From positions 42,343 to 106,342 of the forward strand of contig JBDROZ010000073.1 in assembly GCA_043809585.1 (NCBI GenBank): 64,000 nt of DNA, written 5' to 3'. Positions 54,374 to 64,000 of this stretch are shown piece by piece; position 1 is the stretch's first letter, and each line of letters begins with the position of its first letter. The notes below the pieces were generated by a model that made no database searches, was not told the DNA's origin, and saw nothing but the letters and a program-made list of their open reading frames with translations. Position numbers and translations under genes: made by a program. Origin of the DNA: Candidatus Eiseniibacteriota bacterium. GTDB taxonomy: Bacteria; Orphanbacterota; Orphanbacteria; Orphanbacterales; Orphanbacteraceae.

Positions 54374-57300
54374 CTATTTTAGCAGCACCATCTTCCGGAC
54401 CGCCGCGAAGTCACCGGCCCGGAGCCGCGCGAAGTAGACGCCGGAGCCGGCGGAGCGCCCCGACTCATCCACTCCCCGCCAGACCCGCTCGAACGCGCCG
54501 GGGCCGAAACGTCCGTCGGCGAGGGTCGCCACCCGGCGGCCGGAGACGTCGTAGACGAATAGCGTCACCCGCTCTTCTCTCGGCAGGTCGAAGCGGATCG
54601 TCGTCGCCGGGTTGAACGGGTTCGGCCGGTTCGCGTACAGCTTGTGGGCCGGCGGCGCGGGGGGCGTCTCTTCGGCGACGCCGGTCACTTCGCAGCCGAC
54701 GCCGCGCGCACCGACGAGGCCGCACGTCGGTTGCTGGGCGGGCGCGCAATCCGACGCGCCGTCGATGGAATACCGATCGCCCGGGGCGTTCCCGAGGCAG
54801 AAGAGCGGATCGGAGGACCAGTTCCCGTTCACGCCTTCCTGTCCGGCGAGGCACCCCGTGAAATCGCCCCCCGAGTTTCCGTAGACGTCGGAGCATGCGA
54901 GGTTGATGAATCCCGTGCCGCTGCAGAGGATCGCGACGCCCCCCTCGTTGAAGGCGACGATGGACCGCTCCAACGTCACGGTCCCCGAGGTGACGTACAT
55001 CGCCGCCCCCGTGGAGGCGCACTCGTTTTCCGCGATCGTACCCTGGGTGATCGAGAGGGTGGTTCCGGACGCGTGGATTCCCCCTCCCGCGTTGGTCGCG
55101 GCGTTCCCCGCCACGAGGCAGCTCTCGAGCACCGCGGTCGACGTGATGACGCTGAGCCCCCCGCCGGAGAGTGCCTCGTTTCCCGTGAAGTCGCAGCCCC
55201 GGAAGACCGGATCGCAGCCGTAGACCCGGACCCCGCCGCCGTACGACGTCGCCCGGTTCCCGGTGAAAACGCACCGCTCGAAGGTCATGTCCGAACCGGT
55301 GACGTAGCACCCTCCCCCGTTGACCTGGACGCCCCCCGTGAAGGTGATGCCGATGACCGCGGTCGCGGCGTCGAGGCCGGAGCAGGAAATACCCCTGCCG
55401 AGCGAGTCCGCGTCGACCGTGACGTCCGCCGGGTTCCCCGTCGCTCCCCGGAGCACGACGCCCGATTTCATGACGATGTTCCCCTCGTGGTACATGCCGG
55501 GGGCGACGATCACCGTGTCCGGCGCCTGGGCCGAGTCGAGCGCCGCCTTGATGGTCGGCGCGTCCACCGGCACCCTCCACGACCGGGGGGCCCGGGCGAC
55601 GCCGACGGTCACCCACGCCGAGTCGACGCCCCCCTGGCAATCGGTCACGGTGTAGCCGATCGAGTCCCGCCCGATGAACCCGGCGGCGGGCGTGTAGAGG
55701 AGGGTCGTGTCGTTCACGCCGATGGTCACGGCCCCCACGGTCATGCCCGTCCGGATCGTGGCGATCCGGATCGGGTCCAGGTCGGCGTCCGAGTCGTTTC
55801 CGAGGGGGTGGATCACGATCGGAGTGCCGCTCACGGTGCTGTCGAAGTCGGCCGCCGCCGTCGGACGCGTGTTGCCCGACACGCTGTCCCTCGCCACGAG
55901 CGCGAAGAGGTCCATCTCCTGCACCGGCTCGAGGAAGACGCTGTCCGAGGCGTCGAACCCCGAGAAGCAGTCGAAGTCGGTCCGGGGCCCCACCCCTCCC
56001 GTGAGAAGGATCACGGCGAACGAGTCGTCGACCACCGGCACGAAGCCGTTCACGAGGTCGACGTACATCGCTCCGTCGAAAGCGGCGTTCCCCGTGATGA
56101 CGAGGCGGTCGTATTCCGCTCCGGGCGCGGTCCCTCCGAGTTCGACCTCGAATTCGGCGGTGGGAGTCTGGGTGAAGTCCCCGAGGAACGTGAAGATCCC
56201 CGTGGAAGATCCGGGACGGATCACGCCCCCTCCCGTGAAGGTCCCGAGGGTGTTGTCGAAGGTTCCGGATCCCTGGAGGATGCCGTTCTCTTCGAGATCG
56301 AAGTCACCCCGGTTGGTCAGCACCGATCCGCTGTCGAGGGCGACCCGCCCGTGGTTCACGAACCGGGCCATCGAGTCGACGGTCACCGTTCCGGCGATGC
56401 GCCAGGCGCCCCCCGCGTAGGTCGTCGCGAGGCCGGGCACCCGGGCCGCTCCTTCCGCCCGGTCCGACCCCCTGAAGGGCCCGTCCCCCGGATCGAAGAG
56501 CATCTCCGCCGCCGTGTTCACGAAGCAGCTTCCCGAATTGGTGAACTCCTCCTCCATCCAGAGCACGCCGTCGTCCACGATGATCGCGCCGTCGCCGGGA
56601 TCGTCGGACCGATTATCGAAGGCGACCCCCACGTGCCCGATCGCGCGGCTCTTCATCGGGTCCCCTTTCCGGAAGAGACCGTAGTTGTGGAACGAGCCGG
56701 TGCCGGTGATCTCCGCGTTTCCCCACATCGATACCGTGCCGCCGAACCCGTTCTTGAATACCGTCGAGGGCCCCTCGATCGTGAGCGACGCCCCTTCCCG
56801 GACGACCACCACGTTCGTGTTGGTGAAGAGGTCGGCCCTGATCGGGCCGTCCCCCGGATCGAGCATCATCTGCGACGACGTGGAGACGAAACACGACCCG
56901 GCGTTCGTGAACTCTTCCTCCACGAGAAGGACGCCGTCGTTCACGCGGACCGCCCCGTCCCCCGGATCGTCGTGGCGGTTTTCGAAGTCTACCGAGAGCG
57001 TGCCCGTCGCCCGGAGGTTCTTCATCGGGTCCTCCTTGACGAAGAGCCCGTAGTTGTGGATCGCGCCGGTCCCGTCGATCAGCCCCCGTCCCCTGGAGGC
57101 GGATCTCGGCGCCGAGGAGGTTCCGGAGCACCGAGATCGGATCGTTGATGAGAAGCGTCCCCCCCGACTCGACGGTGATGACGCCCGAGTTCACGAGCAC
57201 GTCCCCCCGGAGGGGCCCGTCGCCGGGGTCGAAGGTCGCCGTCGCCCCGTCCCTCACGATGATCTCGCCGTCGTTCGTCACCGGCGCTTCGAAGGCGAGG

Positions 57301-59249
57301 GTCCCCCCCGCCACCTCGATCGCCCCGTCCCCCGGATCGTCCGCCCGGTTCTCGAAGTCGGCGGAGACGACGCCGATCGACCGGCTCTTCATGGGATCGG
57401 ACTTGGTGAAAGCGCCCCCGTTGACGAACAGCCCCGGACCGGAAACCCCGCCATCCAAGAGGTCGACCTCGGCGCCCGGTCCGTTCTCGAACTCGGCCCC
57501 TGCTCCGATCTGGAGAAATCCTCCGGCATCGATCTCGACAGCGGCGGCCGCCGAGGCCGATCCGCCGTTCGTCACGGTGAGCGTGTCGCCGCCGATGTAG
57601 AGCCACGGTTCGGAGCCCGGACCGCCGAGGGTGAGGCGCCCCACCGTCTGCCGGGACTGGACCTGCACGTAGAAGCTGACCGGATTGTCGAGGTAGACAT
57701 CGTCGTCCGGGCCCGGCACGCCGTAGGGGTCCCAGTTATCCGGATCCTCCCAACTGATGCCGTCGCCCCCGCCGAACCACTGTTTGGCGGTGCCGCACCC
57801 GACCGAGTCGGCGCCGATCAGGCCGCACGAATCGGTCGCGCAGGGGGAGGCCGCCTGAAGAGAGTACGGACGGGACGGGTTCCCCCCCGCCCCGCAGAAG
57901 AGAGGATCGGCGTGGAAGTTGCCGTCGACACTGTCCAACGGTGCGATCTCGCCGACCCAGTCGCCGCCCGAGTTCCCGTAGATGTCCGTGCAGGCGATGC
58001 CGGCGGTGCTCCCCATGTCTTGGTAGAGGCCCTCGGCCCCCTCGTTGAACGCGACGATCGAATTCCGTACGGAGCACACCGCTTCGTCTATGACCGCAAG
58101 CCCGGAACCTTGAAACTCGCTGTACGTTCCCGCCGCCTGCCCGCCGTTGTCCGCGCTCGTACAGGAGACGAACTCGGGTATGCCGCCGGAAGTGGAGACG
58201 CCCCCTCCGAAGGCGTAGGCGTCATGGCCGGCGGCGCCCGCATACACGTTGTTCCCGGCGATCAGGCACCCGGTGAATCTCGGACTCGAGTTGATGAGCG
58301 CCACGCCTCCGCCGTAGGCATAGGCGTCCCCGCTGACCGAAGTGCAAACAGCCGTGTTGCCGGTGATGACGCACGAGAAGAACCGGGGATAGGAATCGTA
58401 GCAAGAGACTCCTCCCCCTTCGGAGGGAGACGTACCGTGAAGATAGCCGCCCGTGAGCGTGAGTCCCTCGACGACGGCGTTGCTGTCCACGAGATCGAAA
58501 TAGAGAACCCTCCCGAGGGAGTCGGCGTCGATGATCACGTCCGCCGGATCGCCGGTCGCCCCCCGGAGGTAGACGCCGGATTTCATGATGATGTCGTGCT
58601 CGTGGTAAGTGCCGGCCGCGACCGTCACCGTGTCGCCGTAGAGGGCGAGGTCGATCCCCCCCTGGATCGTCGCCGCGTCGCCGGGCACCAGAATGTTCAC
58701 GGGGACCGCCGGGCAATCGCCCGCCGGGGGCGCCACCCAGACCCCGCCGTGACCGGAGGGATCGCTCCGGACGCACCAGTAGTCGTAGGGGCCCTCGCTG
58801 CAATCGACCACCGCGGTGCTGTCCGCCGACGGATGGGGAAGAAGCCGGAGGACACCCGACGTGTTGTAGTAGAAGAAGCTGAGATCGGCGACGGCGACCC
58901 GCCCGCCGATGTCGGGCAACTGGCACGAGGTCCACACGATGTAGTAGCCCGTTTCCTGGTCGCCGAGGAGGAGCCCCCCGTTCCGGGCCGTGATGTCGAG
59001 CAGATCCCCCTCGAAGGTCCATTCGAACTGAAAGGCGATCCCCTCCGTGCCCCCGCCGGGACCGAAGTTCTCGAGATAGATCGTGGCGCCGAAAGTCGTG
59101 TAGATCACCGGCTCGATGTAGTTCGAGTCGTTGTCGAACTCGATGAAGGCGCGGATGTTCGGATTGTCGCCGGCCAGGACGGGAGAGATGGTGACGAGAG
59201 TGGTGAGCAGCAGGAAAAGCAGACGGTGGCGGAGTCGGGGGGTAATCAC
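54374..59249 (-). pseudogene. ~1620-aa secreted beta-helix/Ig protein with FlgD-Ig C-terminus, frameshifted near 57085 (possibly a sequencing error)
   Basis: GTG start after GAGGAGG; ORFs 56613-59324 and 54374-57025 join if one base of the C5 run at 57083-57087 is removed; VP.D..TI..A, GGG beta-helix repeats, DPLFC, NRPNPFNP. Confidence 0.82.
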
Positions 59250-59451
59250 CAGGCACCTCCTCAGCGGAAAGTTTGAGGAATGTCGATTGTCCGCCGGGGT
59301 GGGTGCGCCGGGCCTGGCGCTCATTGAAGTCTATTTTATCATCCGTTACAACCTAAGCGCAAGCGACGTCTCACGATAGCACGAAGCGGCCGGCCCGGAC
59401 CCGTGGGCCCGCGCCGACCGCGTCGTGAAGCGCCGTCGCTCTGTCTCGATT

Positions 59452-62400
59452 TCACCTCACGAGCGTGACCCGCCTCGTGTCGACGCTCTTCCCCATCTCG
59501 AGTCGGAGGAAGTAGACGCCGGGCGCGACCATCCGTCCCGCTCCGTTTCGTCCATCCCACCGAATCGTGCCGGTGGGGGCGGCGATGTCGTACTCCTTCA
59601 CCTTCCGCCCCGAAACGTCGTAGACCACGATCCTGCCCTCCGCCGCCGCCGGCCGGGCCCAGGCGATCGTGAGGCCGTCCCGCGCCGGATTCGGGAAGAC
59701 GTGGAAGAAGGCCCGCGCCCCGGCCTCCCCTTCCGCGGCCGCCACGCCGGTGCTCAGGGTATCGGGGAAGTCGCCCTCGCCGAACCACTCCCCTTCGATC
59801 GAGAGATGACCCCAGCATCCGACGCCGTAGGCGCCGACAAGATCGTCCGGGGGAGTGAAGAAGCAGGGGGAATCGTAGTCGATCCGGTAGTCGCCGGCCG
59901 ACGTGGGCGCGTCCCCCGGCGGCAGGGCGCCGCAGAAGAGCGGATCGGCATAGATCACGGCTCCTCCGATGGGGATCGATCCGAGACCGGCCAACCCGTT
60001 CGAGTCGACGGCGGCGTCCAAGAAGGCGAGCACCCCGAAAGCGGCCACGTACGCGTCGGTTCCGCTCGTCCCCCCGTTCCCCCGGAGGATCCCCCGGTCG
60101 ACGAGCGCCCCCCCCTGCACGTAGAGTCCGCCACCGTTTCCGCCGGCCCGATTGCCGGAGAAAGTGCACTGCCGGAAGACGGGATGGGACGATCCATCGA
60201 CCAACACGCCGCCTCCGTTCCCCGTCGAGGCGTTCCCGGCGAAGGCGACCCGGCGGAATTCGGGCCCCGCGCCGTTCACGCAGACGAGCCCCCCGCCGTT
60301 CGAAGCGGCGCCGCCCGCCACGGTCAAACCTTCGATCAACGTCCCCGGATCGACGCCGTCGCAGATCAGGCCCCGCCCCAGCCCCCCGGCGTCGATGGTG
60401 ACGCAGCCGGCGAGGCGCTCCTCGCTCCGGAGGTGAACCCCCGACTTCATCGTCACGTCCGATTCATCGTAGACGCCGCACGCGACGACCACCGTGTCGC
60501 CGGGGAACGCGGAGTCGATTCCCGCCTGGATCGTCGGCGCGTCGCCCGGCACGTTCCATACCCGGGGATCGCTCGACACGAAGACCGCGACCAGCGACGA
60601 ATCGGCGCCCCCCTCGCAGTCGGTCACGATGTAGGCGAACCCGTCCACCCCGGCAAAACCGTCGGCGGGTGTGTAGGTGATCGAAGAGTCCCCGTCATCG
60701 ATCTCCACGAACCCCGTCGTGAGCCCCGTGGCGACACCGACGATCCGGAGCTGGTCCCCGTCGGGGTCCACGTCGTTCAGCAGCGCTTCGATCACCACCG
60801 GGACACCCGTGTCGGTGGAGGCGAGGTCGAATGCCGCCACCGGGGACCCGTTCGTCGTGACCGAGTCGACGGTCACGAGGACGAGAGCGTTCGTCTCCTC
60901 CAAGGGCTGAAGGAACAAGCCGCCCGGGACGTCCAGACCTCCGAAGCAGTCGAGGGATGTGAATGTCTTGCCGATCCCGTTCATCCCCGCGATGACATCG
61001 AACCGGTCCGCGATCTCCGGCGTGAAACCGAGAAGCGCGACCTGAAGGGCCCCGCCGAACGTGACCTGGCCTTCCACGTACAGCTGATCGTATTCGGTCC
61101 CGGCGGCGTTCCCCGCGATCTGCACCCAGACTTCACTGACCGGCTGCAACGCGAGGTCCCCCACGAAGGTCAGGCGGCCGACCGGGAGCCCCGGGCGGAA
61201 GATGCCCGAGGCGAGGAACTGGCCCGCGCTGTTGTCGACCATGCCGTTCCCCGCGATCGTCCCGTTCTCCCGGTGGAGGAAATCGCCCCGGTTGTCCACC
61301 ACGGCGCTCTCCCCGAGGGCGAGAAGCCCCCGATTCTCGAAGGTCCCCGCGGACCGCCCGTCGTTTTCGATATGAAGAGCGGCGCCCGGCCCGACGAGAG
61401 TGGCTCCCCTCTGGTACCAGATGGCGCCGGGATCGACCGTCGCCTCCCCCTGGAGATTCACGACCCCCTGGATCCCGATGAAGACGGCCGACCGGTTCAG
61501 GAGGTTCGCCCCCGCGGCCACGTCGACGAACCCGCGGTTCACGAGGAGGCCCGGTCCCCCGGTCAAGGCCGTCGTGTCGGGGTCCACCTCGAGGGTGGCC
61601 CCGCTGTCCACGGTCACGTCCGATCGGTTCAGCAGCGAATCCTGGATCGCCAGTATCCCCTCCCCGACGATGATCGCCCCATCCCCCGGATCGTCCTGCC
61701 GGTTCTCGACGACCATGTTGAAACCGGACCGGGAGGAGGTCCGGAAGGGGAAGGCTTCGGTCTTCTTGATCAGGCCGTTGTTGACGAGCCGGCCGTCACC
61801 GACGAGATCACCCCCCTGGAACTCCATCACGCCGGTCGGACCGTTGGCGAAGACGAGGCCCGCATCGACCACGCCCAGCGTCGCACCGTCCTCCACGATG
61901 ATCTGCCCGTTGTTCGTGATCTCCGTGACGACGAAGGGGCCGTCGGCGGGATCGAAGAGAGCGCTCGATCCACTGTTGACGGTCACGGTGCCCGAATTGG
62001 AGAACTCGTCTTCGATGGAGAGGACGCCTTCTCCGACGGTCAGCGCTCCGTCCGCCGGGTCGTCGTTCCGGTTGTCGAAGGAGACGGAGATGACGCTCAC
62101 CGTGGAGGTGAAGACCCCCTCCGGATCGATCTTGTTCACGAGCCCGATGTTGTCGAGCGCGCCGTCGCCGAGGAGGTCGCCGCCGAGAAGCCGGAGTTCC
62201 CCTCCGGCGAGGTTCGCGAAGAGGGCGCCGTCCGCGAAGACTATGGAGGAACCGTCTTCGAGCAGGACGAGCCCGCTGTTCCGGAAGAACCCCCCTTCCG
62301 TGAGCGGCCCGTCCGCGGGATCGAGGAACATCGAGGAGGAGGAGTTGGCGCTGACGGTTCCCGAGTTCTCCACCGGGGCCTCGAAGACGAGGACCCCCTC

Positions 62401-63048
62401 GCCCACGACGATCGCCCCGTCCGCGGGATCGTCCTGGATGTTCACCATCCCCATGGAGACGGTGCTGACCGCCCTGGCGATTCCGGCCGGATCGGTCTTG
62501 ACCAGGAGGCCTTCGTTCACGAAGGTCCCGCCGCCGGCGAGATTGCCGCCGACCAGGCGAACCTCACCCTCCGGACCGTTCGTGAAGATTCCCCCGTCCA
62601 GAACCTCGAAGGCCGCGCCCGGCCCGATCATGATGTCGCCCGTGTTCGAGCCGCCCATTTCCGCGGTGAGCGTGTCTTGCTCGATCGCGAGGGTGGCGTC
62701 GCCGGTCTCGGAGCCGATGGTGAGGCTCCGCACCCGGGCCCGGTCCTCCAGCGTCACCGCCACGTTGAAGAACGGAGCCGGAGCATTGATCGTATCCGGG
62801 AAGGCGACGTGGATGTACACGTCGTCCCCCGCGCCGGGGACGCCCGCCGGAAGCCAGTTCGCCGGATCGGTCCAGGAGACGCCGTCGCCGGCGCCGGTCC
62901 AATCCCGCCGTACCCCCGGGTCCACGATGGGCGGGTCGACTCCCCCCCCCTCGGGGGCGGGTGCGGTCCCTACCGAGACGCCGGCCGACGGGAGGAGGAG
63001 GAAGACACAAATCGACAAGAGCCCCAGTCTACGAAACTTAGGATTCAC
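59452..63048 (-). CDS. Secreted beta-helix/Ig protein with FlgD-Ig C-terminus, paralogue of the neighbour
   Basis: GTG start after GGAGG; WTGAGDG.SW.DPANW, three DDP[AG]DG repeats, LLND.DPDGD, VPGD.PTIQ, FPNP..WDG..GVYF. Confidence 0.87.
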   Translation of the reverse strand: MNPKFRRLGLLSICVFLLLPSAGVSVGTAPAPEGGGVDPPIVDPGVRRDWTGAGDGVSWTDPANWLPAGVPGAGDDVYIHVAFPDTINAPAPFFNVAVTLEDRARVRSLTIGSETGDATLAIEQDTLTAEMGGSNTGDIMIGPGAAFEVLDGGIFTNGPEGEVRLVGGNLAGGGTFVNEGLLVKTDPAGIARAVSTVSMGMVNIQDDPADGAIVVGEGVLVFEAPVENSGTVSANSSSSMFLDPADGPLTEGGFFRNSGLVLLEDGSSIVFADGALFANLAGGELRLLGGDLLGDGALDNIGLVNKIDPEGVFTSTVSVISVSFDNRNDDPADGALTVGEGVLSIEDEFSNSGTVTVNSGSSALFDPADGPFVVTEITNNGQIIVEDGATLGVVDAGLVFANGPTGVMEFQGGDLVGDGRLVNNGLIKKTEAFPFRTSSRSGFNMVVENRQDDPGDGAIIVGEGILAIQDSLLNRSDVTVDSGATLEVDPDTTALTGGPGLLVNRGFVDVAAGANLLNRSAVFIGIQGVVNLQGEATVDPGAIWYQRGATLVGPGAALHIENDGRSAGTFENRGLLALGESAVVDNRGDFLHRENGTIAGNGMVDNSAGQFLASGIFRPGLPVGRLTFVGDLALQPVSEVWVQIAGNAAGTEYDQLYVEGQVTFGGALQVALLGFTPEIADRFDVIAGMNGIGKTFTSLDCFGGLDVPGGLFLQPLEETNALVLVTVDSVTTNGSPVAAFDLASTDTGVPVVIEALLNDVDPDGDQLRIVGVATGLTTGFVEIDDGDSSITYTPADGFAGVDGFAYIVTDCEGGADSSLVAVFVSSDPRVWNVPGDAPTIQAGIDSAFPGDTVVVACGVYDESDVTMKSGVHLRSEERLAGCVTIDAGGLGRGLICDGVDPGTLIEGLTVAGGAASNGGGLVCVNGAGPEFRRVAFAGNASTGNGGGVLVDGSSHPVFRQCTFSGNRAGGNGGGLYVQGGALVDRGILRGNGGTSGTDAYVAAFGVLAFLDAAVDSNGLAGLGSIPIGGAVIYADPLFCGALPPGDAPTSAGDYRIDYDSPCFFTPPDDLVGAYGVGCWGHLSIEGEWFGEGDFPDTLSTGVAAAEGEAGARAFFHVFPNPARDGLTIAWARPAAAEGRIVVYDVSGRKVKEYDIAAPTGTIRWDGRNGAGRMVAPGVYFLRLEMGKSVDTRRVTLVR

Positions 63049-63220
63049 CAGAGTACCTCCGCACGGGGGGAAGGTTATCGGTCGTTTCGGATGGAATCAG
63101 AGATGCCTTGTCCGGCCCGCCCGTCCCCGGACCGGGCCCAGACACTCGGATAATAGCACATAACTACAAACATTTCAAAGGGATTCACCTAAAGAGCCGA
63201 TCCGGCTCCGGCGGCGACCT

Positions 63221-64000
63221 TTAAGAGGGAGCGTCCACGTTCTCGAGGAGCCGGCGGAAGTCGGGGTCTCTTCGGAGCGGATCCCAGATCGGATCGAGCC
63301 GGAGCAGGGCGGGCGAGACCCGCGAGGGGACGTCGAGAAGGCTCTCGAGCTCCCCGATCGCTTCCTTCTTCTTTCCGATGCGGGCATAGATCTCGGCGAG
63401 GCGTTCCACTTGATAGGGCCCGCTGACCGCGTCCTTCGAGATCGGCAGGAGATCGACCGCCGCCTCTCCTTCCCGCACGGCGTCGCCGTGGCGGCCGATC
63501 GCCGCCAGGGCGAGGCCGAGGTAACTGTGGAGGTAACCGGCGCTCGGCTGCCTCTCCATATGCTCCTCGATGTACGCCACCACCGTGTCGGAGAGTGTGT
63601 AGGCCGTGAGGGCATCCCCGCGGGCAAAAGCGATTTCCGCCTTGTACAGATAGCAGAAGACCGTGTCCGACGCGGTGTCGATGCCCGAGGTCGCGAGATT
63701 GATCTGCCGGAACACGGGCTCGAACACGTCGGGCATCACCCGCACCAGAGAGAAGGGCGTGGCCGGGAGGAACTCGACCGGGTTGATTCTCCCGACCGCA
63801 TTCTTGATCACCTCCTTCGCCCGCGCCGGGTCGTCGTCCCAGGCGACGTACATGAGCGCCTTGTCGATGTAGGGGAAGACCATCTGGGGTACCATGGCGA
63901 TCGCGCGGTCGAGATAACTCTCCGCCTCGGAGAAGCGGCGCATGCGGGCCAGGGTCATGCCGGTGGTGAGATTCAGCGTCGGGTCCCGGGGGTTCAGCTG
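63221..64000 (-). CDS. TPR-repeat C-terminus of a larger protein (typical of Ser/Thr kinase-TolB-like-TPR proteins); 5' end outside the window
   Basis: TPR helices; C-terminal LAEIYAR.G...AI..L..LL..LRLDPIWDPLR.DP.F. Confidence 0.8.
   Translation of the reverse strand, partial: QLNPRDPTLNLTTGMTLARMRRFSEAESYLDRAIAMVPQMVFPYIDKALMYVAWDDDPARAKEVIKNAVGRINPVEFLPATPFSLVRVMPDVFEPVFRQINLATSGIDTASDTVFCYLYKAEIAFARGDALTAYTLSDTVVAYIEEHMERQPSAGYLHSYLGLALAAIGRHGDAVREGEAAVDLLPISKDAVSGPYQVERLAEIYARIGKKKEAIGELESLLDVPSRVSPALLRLDPIWDPLRRDPDFRRLLENVDAPS

Overview
High-GC chromosomal window from a diderm bacterium. Five secreted proteins end in an NPF/P..FlgD-Ig C-terminal domain, which suggests an FCB-superphylum relative such as Eisenbacteria, Krumholzibacteriota or Latescibacterota (inference). 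Most content is ordinary: tRNA-Glu, PFK, peptidases, LexA, an L,D-transpeptidase/M15 pair, a polysaccharide operon, radical SAM enzymes and large surface proteins. Five things stand out. (1) A lasso-type RiPP operon at 19.5-24.7 kb (49-aa precursor missing from the ORF track, RRE, kinase, B2 protease, nucleotidyltransferase, ABC exporter) has no lasso cyclase, and its core lacks a ring-forming Asp/Glu at positions 7-9. (2) A 2749-bp IS1-family element with 20-bp terminal inverted repeats and an 8-bp target duplication carries a HEPN-motif cargo gene followed directly by a 73-nt tRNA-like cloverleaf (Arg-like body, ACU anticodon). (3) An intergenic ~190-bp rod-shaped palindrome has G.U pairs and repeated GA internal loops (ncRNA and/or MITE). 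(4) An intact but apparently catalytically dead DnaE paralogue is translationally coupled to lexA. (5) A Nudix hydrolase is fused to a degenerate KptA/Tpt1-like domain. All family calls are by-eye motif recognition; no database searches were run.
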